Below, one piece after another: positions 21,787-32,283 of a stretch of DNA of 64,000 nt. Each line of letters starts with the position of its first letter. The first letter of the stretch is position 1. The translations under genes were made by a program, and so were the position numbers. Source of the stretch: an uncultured delta proteobacterium (GTDB lineage Bacteria; Desulfobacterota; Desulfobacteria; Desulfobacterales; Desulfosalsimonadaceae); NCBI GenBank assembly GCA_963826785.1, contig CAWGYD010000008.1, positions 64,001 through 128,000 on the forward strand, written 5' to 3'. The notes below the pieces were generated by a model that was not told the DNA's origin, did not search any database, and saw only the letters and a list, made by a program, of their open reading frames with translations.

Positions 21787-23309
21787 TTACCGCACAAAAT
21801 TCATTGCAGCGCGAAGCTGATGGAATCGGGCAATCCGCTCTTCCCTGGAAAAACAGAGGGAAAAAACACAAAGTATGTATAGCGGCCATGGCCAAAGACA
21901 TTTCGAATAAAAATGTCATCCATGTCATGAATCGCAATCCACTGCGAGAGAAAATACAAGGTTAAAGAAAAGATCAACACGGCAAACAAAGGCGGGAAAA
22001 AAGCCTCTCCTAAAAATTTCCGGTACGAAATTTTCAACAATCTGCACGTATACCATGGAATCCACAGGAGATTGAACATGATCATCGGTATGGTTTTTCC
22101 GAGCGCCGTTCCCGCTATGCCGTAATATTTCATTAGAACAATGATTAAAACGATGCTGATAACGGCCTGCAAAACGGCAGAGTATGCCGCAAGATTATGT
22201 TTTGCCAGACCCTGCAGGACCTGAATGCAAATATGCTGAGCGAGAAAGGCGATGATTCCGATGGACAAAATGACAAGGGTCGGATAACTGAGGGCGGCAT
22301 ATTTATGACCGATCCACAGATTTAAAAATTCATGGCCGACAATCATGTAAGATGCGCCCATCGGCAAGGAAATCATCATGACATACTTGGTTCCGACTGA
22401 CATTAACGATTTGTACTTTGCATTTTGATTCAGAGCCTCCAGCTGGCTTACGGTCGGCTGGAAAACACTCATTCCCATTACTAACAGCCGTATATACCCG
22501 GTTAATCGATGAGCAACCCCGTAGAAAGCGATGGCAGCGGTCCCGATGAAGTATCCGATCAGAAGGCTGTCGGCCGCAAAAATCAATCGTATTGCGATAA
22601 TATATAAAAAAAAGAAGAGGCTGTAGTCGGAAACCATTCTGAAGCTCTTTTTGCGGATAAATTTCATACCGATCTTAAAGCCGTCGTTCATTTTATAAAC
22701 ATATATGATTTGAACTGCACCTTCCAATAGGCTGGTGACGAAATGAATCATCGCAAGACATATCAACCCGAATCCATACAGGACAAAGATCACGATCGCC
22801 ATTGTGCGAAGGATCATCATGCAGATAGAAATAAATGCGATCGCATCATATCTCTGGACGCCTCGCATGTAGCTTGAAAAAATACTTAACGGTATGGATG
22901 CGGCTATCTGAAGTCCGATGATGAGAACGACATATTTGGCCTCGGTGAGAAGCTGAACCGGTATCTTGAAATAAACGATCCCGTAAAACGAGATGATAAC
23001 CGATAAGATCGCCGCGAGAATGCCTGTTCCCAGATACAGGCAAAAAGATGCCGTGCAAATTTCATTCAATGATGCGATGTCTTTTTTGGAGGTATATTCG
23101 GCCACATATTTGACGACCGATCCGCCTACCCCGAGATTAAGCAATCCGAGATAACCGGTGAAGTTCAATGTCAAAATCCAGAGGCCGTAACGGTCATCCC
23201 CATAGCTGTGGATGAGAAACGGCATCATCAGGAAACCGACCATCATCCCGAGGAAAATGGACCCCCAGTTCCCAAGGATATTCCGAATAATTTGAACAGA
23301 TGTGATCAT
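21787..23309 (-). CDS. wzx: Wzx-type flippase (C-terminus apparently frameshifted)
   Basis: Many TM helices, MOP-family pattern. As-is stop at 21801; two single-base corrections (about 21926 and 21880) give ...TWMTFLFEMSLAMAAYILCVFSLCFSREER...FVR* ending at 21787. Confidence 0.85.
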
Positions 23310-23340
23310 GGTATAAAAACCGAATGCGGGTTATTTGGGG

Positions 23341-24459
23341 TTATGCGCATTTTGCAATTTCTATAAATAAATCTTCATAACTTTTAATCCATTTCCGGGT
23401 ATCATGCTTTTCATGAACATAGCGCTGTGCATTTGCGGACAGCATTTTAGAAAGACTTTGGGATTGCAGGATTCTTATCAACGCCCGGCTGAGCGCTTGG
23501 GGATCATTGGGGGGAACCAGCAGGCCGGTTTTTTCATTAGCCACAACATCTCTGATACCGATAATATCAGTCCCGACGATCGGACGACTCGCCGCCATGG
23601 CTTCCAGGAGTGTCAGGGGGATACCTTCCATATCCGAAGGCAGACAATAAACATCCATGATCTGCATCAATTCAGGAATATCAGATCTTGACCCCGCTAT
23701 GATGACATCATTTACCAAACCCAGCTTTTCGATCAGGTTCATCAGATCAGATCGTCGCTTGCCTTCACCGACGATCAGTAATTTCACATGATCCATTCTT
23801 TGTTTGATGAGATTGAAAGCCGCAATCAAATTGGGATAGTTCTTTTGCCGCTTCAGACTGCCGACAGATCCGATGACCCGGTCTTCATTTTTAAACCCGA
23901 ATTCCTTTTTTTTATCAAAAACCGTTTCGGCAGTCTCAAACCGGGAAATATTGATAGAATTTTGAATCGTAAACACCTTGGTATAATTCAGCCCGTATTT
24001 CCTGTGTATGGAATCACTGACATCCCTTGAAATGCCGATCCCTCCTTCAGAAAATTTCAGCATGAATTTCCCCACAGCCGGCCAGTACTTTTTTACGCCT
24101 TCAACTTCCCAGCAGCTATGGGCAGTGTACAGTAATTTGCACCGATTCAATTTCGCCGCAAAAAATCCATAAAAAAATGGCGTCATGTGATGCGCATTGA
24201 TGAGTTGAATATGGTTTTGACTACAATAACTTGATACTTTCCTTATGGTTTCGAGTGCGTCTTTTCCTTGCTTGTGAATACAAACTGTGGGAATTCCAAG
24301 ATTGCGAAATTCTTCATGCATTTCTCCATCAGTAAGGGAGATGACAAATGGCTGAAATTTTCTGCTGCTCAAGTTCTCACATAAATCCTTGACGACCCTT
24401 TCCGACCCCCCGGTCCGGAAAGTTTGCAGAATAAATAAAATTCTGATTTTTTCGCTCAT
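23341..24459 (-). CDS. GT4 glycosyltransferase
   Basis: GGSERV, EGIPLTLLEAM; start uncertain (24459 or 24537). Confidence 0.9.
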   Translation of the reverse strand: MSEKIRILFILQTFRTGGSERVVKDLCENLSSRKFQPFVISLTDGEMHEEFRNLGIPTVCIHKQGKDALETIRKVSSYCSQNHIQLINAHHMTPFFYGFFAAKLNRCKLLYTAHSCWEVEGVKKYWPAVGKFMLKFSEGGIGISRDVSDSIHRKYGLNYTKVFTIQNSINISRFETAETVFDKKKEFGFKNEDRVIGSVGSLKRQKNYPNLIAAFNLIKQRMDHVKLLIVGEGKRRSDLMNLIEKLGLVNDVIIAGSRSDIPELMQIMDVYCLPSDMEGIPLTLLEAMAASRPIVGTDIIGIRDVVANEKTGLLVPPNDPQALSRALIRILQSQSLSKMLSANAQRYVHEKHDTRKWIKSYEDLFIEIAKCA

Positions 24460-24550
24460 AATGTTCTGATATTCAATGCTTCCATCATCTGTTTTCAAGC
24501 GTTCTCTCTCCGGTAAGGACGAATTCACCAATACCAATAGAATATATCGG

Positions 24551-25303
24551 CTATACTTCAGCGCCGCGAGGAAACGTCACTACATTTTTTAAGACGAACT
24601 TATAATAGCCGAATTTCATTTGTGCCTTTATGAAATCATTTAGTGTCCATCGTTTCCTGCCGATGTTTCGGTCATAGATTTGTTTGAAATCATTGATGGT
24701 CAAACGTGTCCCAATGTGGCGATTCAACAATTCGATTGACCGTTCTGTCTTTATAATTAGATCTTCGAAGCTTAAACTCAAATAATCCAGACCTTCCGTT
24801 TTTAGGAAATGCTTGGAAGCTTCTTCAGAAGATTGATGTATTGCTTTTAGTTTTTCGATGGGGATGGCAAATTTTCCTCTTAAAATCAAACCCGTCCACG
24901 TTTGCCGCAAATCCCGCGTCATGAGGATAAATTTGCATTTTTGGATGTCGACCAATTTTTTCCAGAATTGCATCGTAAATGACAGCCTGGGATCCTTCCA
25001 CAGCCACGGCATGTGCTTATCATTCTCAATTACAAACTGATTATAGGGATTTAGATCTATCTTACCATGCAGTTCACCTATCTTATGAGGAGAAGGAGAA
25101 GGGATATCGGAAACATCTCTCCAAAAAAATCCGGATTTCCTGAACAGTTCGATATTATGATCCACCAGGGCGGCGTTCTCGTATGTGTCGTAAGCGACCT
25201 TTTTTGTATCCTTCCCCACCCAGTATCCTTCTTTTGAGATGAGCGCCGCAAGAACGCTGCTACCGCATATTCCGCCTGTTAAGATGATGACATTGGGCAA
25301 CAT
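24551..25303 (-). CDS. Sulfotransferase-family protein
   Basis: N-terminal IILTGGICGSS loop, WKDPR, LMTRD, LSFEDLI. Confidence 0.65.
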   Translation of the reverse strand: MLPNVIILTGGICGSSVLAALISKEGYWVGKDTKKVAYDTYENAALVDHNIELFRKSGFFWRDVSDIPSPSPHKIGELHGKIDLNPYNQFVIENDKHMPWLWKDPRLSFTMQFWKKLVDIQKCKFILMTRDLRQTWTGLILRGKFAIPIEKLKAIHQSSEEASKHFLKTEGLDYLSLSFEDLIIKTERSIELLNRHIGTRLTINDFKQIYDRNIGRKRWTLNDFIKAQMKFGYYKFVLKNVVTFPRGAEV

Positions 25304-25385
25304 ATGGTATGACTCCTGATGTTATTCCATGAAAAGAGATTTGGATTTTTCGGCCTTGCATACCGTTCCGGACAGGAACTGTGAT

Positions 25386-26063
25386 TCAGGTCAAGAACGT
25401 CTGATAAAACTTTAATTTGACATATTCTACCAGCAGGCCGGATGCCGAGACATTTGTATGGGAACCATATACATAAACCTTGACCGGTTTATGCTTTAGA
25501 AACTGTTCAAAGCTGATCCGGACTCTTCGGGTGTGATAATCAGATGAAATCAGGACTACAGACGTGTATGACTCGCCAATAATTATCCGGGAAATATTTT
25601 TGGCCTCATTATGTGTCCCGAAATACCCATCTTCCATCTTTATAAAATTAATCTTTTCAACAGGAATGCCAATTTTTTTCATTTCTGCGGATGCCCATTC
25701 GTCATTGGTCAAATTCCGGCCGGCAGGTGGGCTGTATTCTGTTATTCCCGGCCGGCTCAGCATTAAAATTTTTTTACAGTTCCGTTTTCTGCAAAGGTCG
25801 TAAACCACTTGAAATTTTTGAATCAGGCTGTTTTGGCTGCCGCCCAGGATATAAACCGCATCGACATCATTTTTCGGCAAACGCAAATCAGCATCAACGA
25901 GTCTTGGCAGGATCAAACCCGATATTGCCTGATCAAAGGAGGGCATCCATCTCCCACATGATTGTTCATTGATGTAAGGGTAAATCAGGAAAGCGAAAGT
26001 GAAGCCAAAAAGAGCAATTGCCCAAAAAAGAAGAGTTTTTTGTTTTCCTTCAACTATCTGCAT
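25386..26063 (-). CDS. YdcF/DUF218 (ElyC/SanA-like) protein
   Basis: VYILGG, GTHNEA, SSDYHTRR, EYVK. Confidence 0.8.
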   Translation of the reverse strand: MQIVEGKQKTLLFWAIALFGFTFAFLIYPYINEQSCGRWMPSFDQAISGLILPRLVDADLRLPKNDVDAVYILGGSQNSLIQKFQVVYDLCRKRNCKKILMLSRPGITEYSPPAGRNLTNDEWASAEMKKIGIPVEKINFIKMEDGYFGTHNEAKNISRIIIGESYTSVVLISSDYHTRRVRISFEQFLKHKPVKVYVYGSHTNVSASGLLVEYVKLKFYQTFLT

Positions 26064-26064
26064 T

Positions 26065-27213
26065 TCACCGGCTCGGATTCCAGATCATATCTGTTTCACC
26101 CCGGAGAAATTTTATCCAGCCTTTGATCACGGAGAGGTTTACCATCACAAATGTGCGGCAAATCTCTGCCACTTTAAGCGCATGGGTCTGCTTCGGAATC
26201 GGCAATATTTTAAATGCGATAAAATAGAAACTTAACTGGGCGAACAATGTGCCCGCGTAAAACGGATTCAAATTGCCGATGACGATGAATACATTTGCCA
26301 GAAACGCCGTCAATAAAAGAACCGGCACGAAAAATCTCAACAACTTGTGTGAAAATAACTGAAAACTGAACAAGGGGTATTTTAAAGGATTGAGCAGAGA
26401 ACCATGTGTAAAAATAGCTCTGAGGGTGCGATTGGTGATTCGCACCTGACGGGCATATTCATTTTCTGAATCCCGACAGGTGTTTTCGCAGCAAAATGCC
26501 CCCTGCGCCAGCACCCCGCGATATCCCTGTTCCACAATTTTAAGGGGGATTACGAAATCATTTATATCGCAGCAGGCCAAGGGTTTGTAAAGCTTGCTGC
26601 GAATTGCGAAGATTGCGCCATCGGCACAGACACATGATCCGATTTTTCCTTCCAGTCTCTTCGTCCATGCCTCTATCCGGGTATACAGACCCACCGATAA
26701 ATGCGAACATGATTCTTGATTTTGGCGATAACGGGTATGGCCCGTAACAAAGCCGACTTTTCTCAAGGCAAAACAGCGCACCAGCGATTTGATGGATTCT
26801 TTATGATACAGGGAGTTCGCATCCGAAAAGACGATTATGTCTCCCGTCGCCGAAGGTATGGTCATGTTGAGGCATGCGGTTTTTCCGATGCGACCGGTAT
26901 AATGTTTCAACATCACACCGCGGTCGGCAAACGATTGAACGATGCTGTCGGTCTGATCGGTGGATCCATCAGAAATCACGATGATTTCAAGAAGGTCGGC
27001 CGGGTATTCCAGTTCCAGGGTATTTACAAGCTTTTTTTCAATGTTTTTTGCTTCGTTGTATGCCGAAATCAGGATGGACACCCTGGGGAAATGCGTGCTT
27101 TCATGCAAAGGGGGCTCTTTACTGAAGAAAATGCCTGCTAACGAAAGCAAAAGAGGATAACCGACGTAAGCATAAACAATCAGAGTGACAGAAAGCCAGA
27201 AAAGGAGAATCAT
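26065..27213 (-). CDS. GT2 glycosyltransferase
   Basis: ISAYNE, SDGSTD, FSDAN, RQVR; TM ends. Confidence 0.92.
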   Translation of the reverse strand: MILLFWLSVTLIVYAYVGYPLLLSLAGIFFSKEPPLHESTHFPRVSILISAYNEAKNIEKKLVNTLELEYPADLLEIIVISDGSTDQTDSIVQSFADRGVMLKHYTGRIGKTACLNMTIPSATGDIIVFSDANSLYHKESIKSLVRCFALRKVGFVTGHTRYRQNQESCSHLSVGLYTRIEAWTKRLEGKIGSCVCADGAIFAIRSKLYKPLACCDINDFVIPLKIVEQGYRGVLAQGAFCCENTCRDSENEYARQVRITNRTLRAIFTHGSLLNPLKYPLFSFQLFSHKLLRFFVPVLLLTAFLANVFIVIGNLNPFYAGTLFAQLSFYFIAFKILPIPKQTHALKVAEICRTFVMVNLSVIKGWIKFLRGETDMIWNPSR

Positions 27214-27255
27214 GAAATACCCGTCTTGTTTTCTACTTGAATAAAATTTGGCGCA

Positions 27256-27906
27256 CTATTTTTCTTCCGGCCAATAATCAGGAAGAATGATCAACAGTTT
27301 TTCCGCAAAAAATCGCATGTCTTCTTTGGCCTGCGCCAATTTATCTTTTGGCGTCAACATCGAAATGCGAATAAATGCGCCGTCATTACGATTATGCGCG
27401 ATGCGTCCTATGAAACGCTGGATATTCTGCTCAATGCCGTTAGAAAGGACGTGTATCTTATCGCTTTGATACCAGTGCAAAACATTTTCGTACACATCGC
27501 CTTTTTGGGCGACAATATAGTTTACAGCCGCCCTGCCCCGTCCTGTGTCCAGCGAAACTGTCCCGGTTTTGATGATCCCCCAGCCCGCACTCGGCAGGCA
27601 GGCATATGGGTTGTGGCCGGTGCGACCGCCCTTGGCCGTGCCGTAATAGCCGATGTATAGATTGACCCGGGTGCCATTCGGATTCAGATATTGCCGGTAT
27701 ACATAATGATCTGCGTTTAGCGCCGCATATACCGAATCGGGGAATCGTTTTTCAGTTCCTTGATACGCGCCGATTTGCATCGGGATGTTTTCAAGGTTGG
27801 TATTAACGACCACCGGCATGCCGCGTTTTCCGACAAGAATGACGGCCAATAAAGTGGCGGCCAATAAGGTGATTGAAATCGCATATGGTTTATTCAAAAA
27901 AATCAT
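27256..27906 (-). CDS. epsI: Exosortase-associated EpsI family protein
   Basis: LYIGYY..HNPYACLPSAGW, HWYQ, DGAFIRIS; directly downstream of the exosortase. Confidence 0.88.
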   Translation of the reverse strand: MIFLNKPYAISITLLAATLLAVILVGKRGMPVVVNTNLENIPMQIGAYQGTEKRFPDSVYAALNADHYVYRQYLNPNGTRVNLYIGYYGTAKGGRTGHNPYACLPSAGWGIIKTGTVSLDTGRGRAAVNYIVAQKGDVYENVLHWYQSDKIHVLSNGIEQNIQRFIGRIAHNRNDGAFIRISMLTPKDKLAQAKEDMRFFAEKLLIILPDYWPEEK

Positions 27907-27993
27907 TTGATTTTTACTGGCATCGGTTTTTCAAAAAAAAATCATGGCAGCACCGCCCATTATCGCGCCTTGAAAAAACATTTGTTCAATATT

Positions 27994-28125
27994 GATGAAC
28001 CCGCAAAAAGTCCGAAGTTCGTCACTCCGGTGAAAACCGGACTCTATAACCAACTTAGTTTGTAGTAGATTCCGGCCTCCGCCGGAATGACGAAAGCGTA
28101 AAATCCGACTTTTTACGGCTTCATC
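27994..28125. mobile_element. MITE family A, copy 1
   Basis: TIRs GATGAACCCGCAAAAAGT / ACTTTTTACGGCTTCATC, flanked on both sides by AATATT; homologous to 46541-46645 in inverted orientation. Confidence 0.8.
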
Positions 28126-28133
28126 AATATTTA

Positions 28134-28274
28134 GTGGCTGAACGAAAACCGTCTATTTGCCCAATATCTGCGTCAAGCTAAAATTTTAATCCTCAAAATA
28201 CCTCGAGTATTCCTGCGGTTAAAATTTTCGCCTTCCTTGATCTTGAACAAATATACTGGTTTTCGTTCGGCCAC
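28134..28274. mobile_element. MITE family B
   Basis: TIRs GTGGCTGAACGAAAACC / GGTTTTCGTTCGGCCAC; 6-bp direct repeat TATTTA on both sides. Confidence 0.8.
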
Positions 28275-28285
28275 TATTTAGTTTC

Positions 28286-29161
28286 TTATGCACCGCATTG
28301 TGTATATTTTTTCTTCAACTTGGAGCCGTATGCATGCTGAAGCATTTGATAAGTGCCCATCAGGATGACCAGTCCAAAGACGAACACAGCCATGCCTGAA
28401 AATTCGTGTAAAAAACCCTGCGCCACGCGGGCGCCGTAAAAATGCGCCAGTATGCCGGTCCCCGTTACCCTGATGATATTTGCAAAGATGGCGATGGGAA
28501 CGGTCAATGCAATCAGCAGCGCAGCACCGGGTGCGGCCATCCGGTTGTGATATACGAACAGGATGCCCAGCATCAGCATGGCCATCATCGATTGAATACC
28601 GCTGCAAGCTTGGGCTACTTCCAACTGTGTCCGCGCAAAATATAGGATGTTGCCTTCCTGATACACCGGGATCGAAACAAACTGGATCAAGGCAGCGGAA
28701 ATGTCGGTTGCCAGGTGCTGCAATGGAAGTGAGATAAGCGTTAAGATGGAGACCGGCACCGGTATCATAAAAAGCAAAAAGAAAAGTGGAAATGACAATT
28801 TTTTAAAAACGATTGCACCATAATTATAGAGCACCAATCCCATTAATGAAAAAACCATCATGCAGCGCGCGCTAACGGAAATGCCTCCCGCCAGACTTAA
28901 AACGTAGATCGACAGGCTCCCGAACAACAAAAATACGCCCCGCAAGTCCACCTGGATGGGGCAACCCTTGAGTTCAGGCCGCTTTTTCCATATGTAAAAA
29001 GCGGCGATCAACGGAACCAGCAATCCATGGGAATTATTGGGATCATCTGTCCACGCCTTTATCAATTGAGGGAATAATGGATAAAAGACGACCATCCACA
29101 TCGCAAAAAGGGTCAAACCTTTAACACTTAATAGTTTATGGGTTCTAAAAGAACCTGGCAT
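28286..29161 (-). CDS. Exosortase (EpsH/Xrt family), in frame with upstream DegT
   Basis: HGLLVP, VAQACSG (Cys), NIIRV (Arg), FLHEFSG (His), multiple TMs; own GGAG RBS before ATG 29161. Confidence 0.92.
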   Translation of the reverse strand: MPGSFRTHKLLSVKGLTLFAMWMVVFYPLFPQLIKAWTDDPNNSHGLLVPLIAAFYIWKKRPELKGCPIQVDLRGVFLLFGSLSIYVLSLAGGISVSARCMMVFSLMGLVLYNYGAIVFKKLSFPLFFLLFMIPVPVSILTLISLPLQHLATDISAALIQFVSIPVYQEGNILYFARTQLEVAQACSGIQSMMAMLMLGILFVYHNRMAAPGAALLIALTVPIAIFANIIRVTGTGILAHFYGARVAQGFLHEFSGMAVFVFGLVILMGTYQMLQHAYGSKLKKKYTQCGA

Positions 29162-30478
29162 TTGTACTCCCATTAAACGAAAATGCATGATGTGATGGGT
29201 GCGAGATGATCCGGAAATGAGAGTGCTCAACTCGAATAGAGATGATGCATTCGCATGAACTTTTTCAAAAATGCCGATGATCCTTTGTCGGTCTTTTGAT
29301 GACAGAAACCCATGCACCGGAAGGGTTAAGAGTCTTTCGGCGCACGCTTTTGCGCCGGGAAAATCCGTTGCGCAAGATTCATATTTGAGTTCGCCGATGG
29401 CATCTATCGAGTCCGGGTATGAAGGCATCAGGCCAAGTCCCTGCTGATCACTCATTTCAAGCAGATTTTCCCGCAGGGCGGCATTCTGAACCAGGACGGG
29501 AAACCGGAGTAAGGGATAGGCCGGTACCCGCCCGTTTGTTTTTGGAATTGATTCAATCCAGTCAAAATGACCCAAAGCATGCGCCCAGAAAGCCGCGTGA
29601 CCTGCACGCACCTGCTGAAATGCTGCGATGGCCATTTTCCAGTTTCGTGCCAGACCTGCCTGGAAAGCTGAAAATTGTTTAATGGGGAACTCGGGATCAA
29701 AAATAGTTTCCCCCAGTTTCAGCATCGGCATGGATTTCGGTATCCAGAAAAAGGAAGGATGCATAAAGGCGGACAGCGCAATGGCATATGCAAGATGATT
29801 CAATCGATGCGCTGAAGATTGCACAGCAAAATTGGGGATAACCGATTCGATGCGTTCTGCCATCCCGTCTGAGTTGGTGAGAACGATCCCGCCATCAACA
29901 GTGGAAAAGGCTTTGCCGCGGCCAAGGCTGAAAAAACCGATGTCTCCCAGGGTTCCCAGAAGTTTTTTATTGAAGACATTTCCCATGGCCTGAGCCGCAT
30001 CCTCGATGATGAATACCTCCGGATCGATTAGCAGCGTTCGTATTCGGTTTATATCAGAGGGGATGCCGAACAGGTGATTGCCGACAATCGCAAGAAGACG
30101 ATCCGTATGCTTAAGGGTGGCTTTAAGTTTTTCATCATCATAATTCAGGGTTGCCGGATTAACATCGCATAAACGCACCTTCAGCCCGGCTCTTATGATG
30201 GCGGATGGAACGGAATAGCATGTAAAGGCCGGTATGAGGACCTCGTTCCGGTCGGGAAAATTCTGTTTGAGCGCCCGGAGGATAATGGTCAAAGCAGCTT
30301 TTCCCGATGAGAGCAAAAAGCAGTGCTTGACCTTGAAATGGTCTTTGAGCGAAAGCATGAAATCATCAATTTCTGCCTGCCCGCGCATCACCCCTTTAAA
30401 GCCCCGGAAAACCGCATGGATAGGGATCGGGGCTGCGGCCGGAGGAAGGGTGCGCTTGATAAGCATACGATTGATCAC
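29162..30478 (-). CDS. DegT/DnrJ/EryC1/StrS PLP-dependent aminotransferase (no stop before the exosortase)
   Basis: SSGKAAL, IPAFTC, HLFG, IIEDAAQA, FSLGRGK, LTLPVH. Confidence 0.88.
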
Positions 30479-31545
30479 AAGGAAATATATTTTCTTATCC
30501 GGCTGCCGATAAAAGTGGCGGCAGGAAGCGGCATCTTCTGGAAAACGGCTTCACCCATACTTCGAATTTGATTTCCCGCATTGGAAACGGATCCGGGCAG
30601 CAGGAACCTGGATTTTGTCTTCGAAATCTTCCAATTTTCCCAGTTTAAAGGATGCGGTTTTGCCCCCCACTGTTGCTTGAACCTGTAAGTTCCTTCACCG
30701 GGTGTTGAACGGCCGAAATCGAAAAATGCATATCCCTTGTCGGCGGCATATTTAATGAACGACCAATACAGGGTCATGTTGGCATTATATCGATTGAACC
30801 GTCTCAGGGAAGAAGCCCAGGGAATGGATACGACACGTTTGTGGCAAAGGATAATTCCGGCGGCGGCGGGCGTATGATCCGGCATGTATACAACGCCGCA
30901 TTTTGCCCTTTCATCATAATACTTCAAAATGCTTCTCAACCAGTTTCTACTGTGAACAGGGGAACCCAGGTCACGCATGTTTTCGTTAAAGACAGAATAA
31001 AAATCATTTAAAAGTTCCGCCCCCCCCACCACGGCGAACAAACCATCCCGTTCCGGTTTATTGATCTGGCTTCGAAGTTTTGATTTGAAGGAAGAAAAAA
31101 GGTCTTCCGAATTGTCCGGCAATTCAAGAAGCATGCGTACTTTTTGCGGGGAGAATTTATTGGAGTCGGGATTCGATTCAATGGAAGATCGCATCTCCAC
31201 GTTTGAAATCTTGTGCACAAGTGCATATCGGCAGGCAAAATCAAAAAGATCTTCAGCAACTTCCGGACTTTCGGCCAACATGCCGCCGATATCGCAATAG
31301 GGCAGAGAAACAAGCTTTCCCTCACATAAAGGGGGATGAACGTGGACCGTCGGCAGAATACCGCAGACCCGATCCTCCTCCTCCGCCAAAAAATACGGGC
31401 ATTCGAATTGATAGGAATCTTCTATGGCCTGCTTCCAGGCAAAAAAATGGTAGGCAAGCCCAATTTTATGGCCCTCTACAAAATCATCCCATCGCGTTTG
31501 ATCAGCGTTTTGAGCACTTCGGATAGTGATATTTTGAGAACTCAC
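30475..31545 (-). CDS. FemAB-related PEP-CTERM-system-associated protein
   Basis: SLPYCDIGG, KSKLRSQI, NMRDLGSP, FDFGRS..FKQQWG; GTG start overlaps upstream TGA. Confidence 0.88.
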   Translation of the reverse strand: MSSQNITIRSAQNADQTRWDDFVEGHKIGLAYHFFAWKQAIEDSYQFECPYFLAEEEDRVCGILPTVHVHPPLCEGKLVSLPYCDIGGMLAESPEVAEDLFDFACRYALVHKISNVEMRSSIESNPDSNKFSPQKVRMLLELPDNSEDLFSSFKSKLRSQINKPERDGLFAVVGGAELLNDFYSVFNENMRDLGSPVHSRNWLRSILKYYDERAKCGVVYMPDHTPAAAGIILCHKRVVSIPWASSLRRFNRYNANMTLYWSFIKYAADKGYAFFDFGRSTPGEGTYRFKQQWGAKPHPLNWENWKISKTKSRFLLPGSVSNAGNQIRSMGEAVFQKMPLPAATFIGSRIRKYISL

Positions 31546-31976
31546 CGGATATCTCTTTTTGACATCGACGCTAATGAGTGAATGAAACATCCGCCGCCGC
31601 CGCCATCCTGACCCGAATCCACATCATGATTCGAATTCCCATCCTGAGCGCTGGAGACAGCATAGTAGACGGCTTCTGAAAAATCGCTTTCGTTGCCTTG
31701 CCTGTCAAAACTTTTTGCCGCAAATCCGTAGGTCGCCCCTTCCGCCAGGCCGAACACGCGGCAGGAAGTCTGTTCAGGCGAATTGATAATTTCCGCAGGC
31801 TCTGATTTGAAGTCGGTATCCGCGCATCCATAAAATAAAAAGTATCCGGAAACTCTCAAATCATCGGGTTTTGCCCAACTCAGGATCACATTTTGCGATT
31901 GGACTGAAGCTGCAGGTATTGAGAAAAACAGACTTGAAAAAATGATAATTTTCCGCAGCAATGAAAGTCGCCTCAT
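31542..31976 (-). CDS. Small secreted FN3-domain protein with GGGGGCFI tail
   Basis: Signal peptide; VILSW..GY.LFYG..GL.EG.TY.FA...D..GNESDFS; ends GGGGGCFIHSLASMSKRDIR. Confidence 0.8.
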   Translation of the reverse strand: MRRLSLLRKIIIFSSLFFSIPAASVQSQNVILSWAKPDDLRVSGYFLFYGCADTDFKSEPAEIINSPEQTSCRVFGLAEGATYGFAAKSFDRQGNESDFSEAVYYAVSSAQDGNSNHDVDSGQDGGGGGCFIHSLASMSKRDIR

Positions 31977-32093
31977 TTCATCATCCGGGATTTTTTTTGC
32001 AGCATGTTCTTTTGATGCACTCCGTCCCTTTCGGGGACAACCGTGAGCGGCCCTTCCTGGAAAACTGATGACTTTTTTTACTGTAATTACCGA

Positions 32094-32252
32094 ATCTGGT
32101 TATCCGGAATACTCCAGTTAGAATTCCGAATTCAAAGTCCCCCTTTGGAAAAGGGGGATTTAGGGGGATTTGGCGCCTCCCGGGAGAAATCCCCCCCCCC
32201 CTTTTCAAAAGGGGGAGAAAAACGATTACTGGATTTTTCGGGATAAACAGAT
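32094..32252. mobile_element. MITE family C, copy 1
   Basis: TIRs ATCTGGTTATCC / GGATAAACAGAT, TSD TACCGA; near-identical to 41775-41937. Confidence 0.85.
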
Positions 32253-32283
32253 TACCGAATATCTAGTCTGAAATCGATAATGG

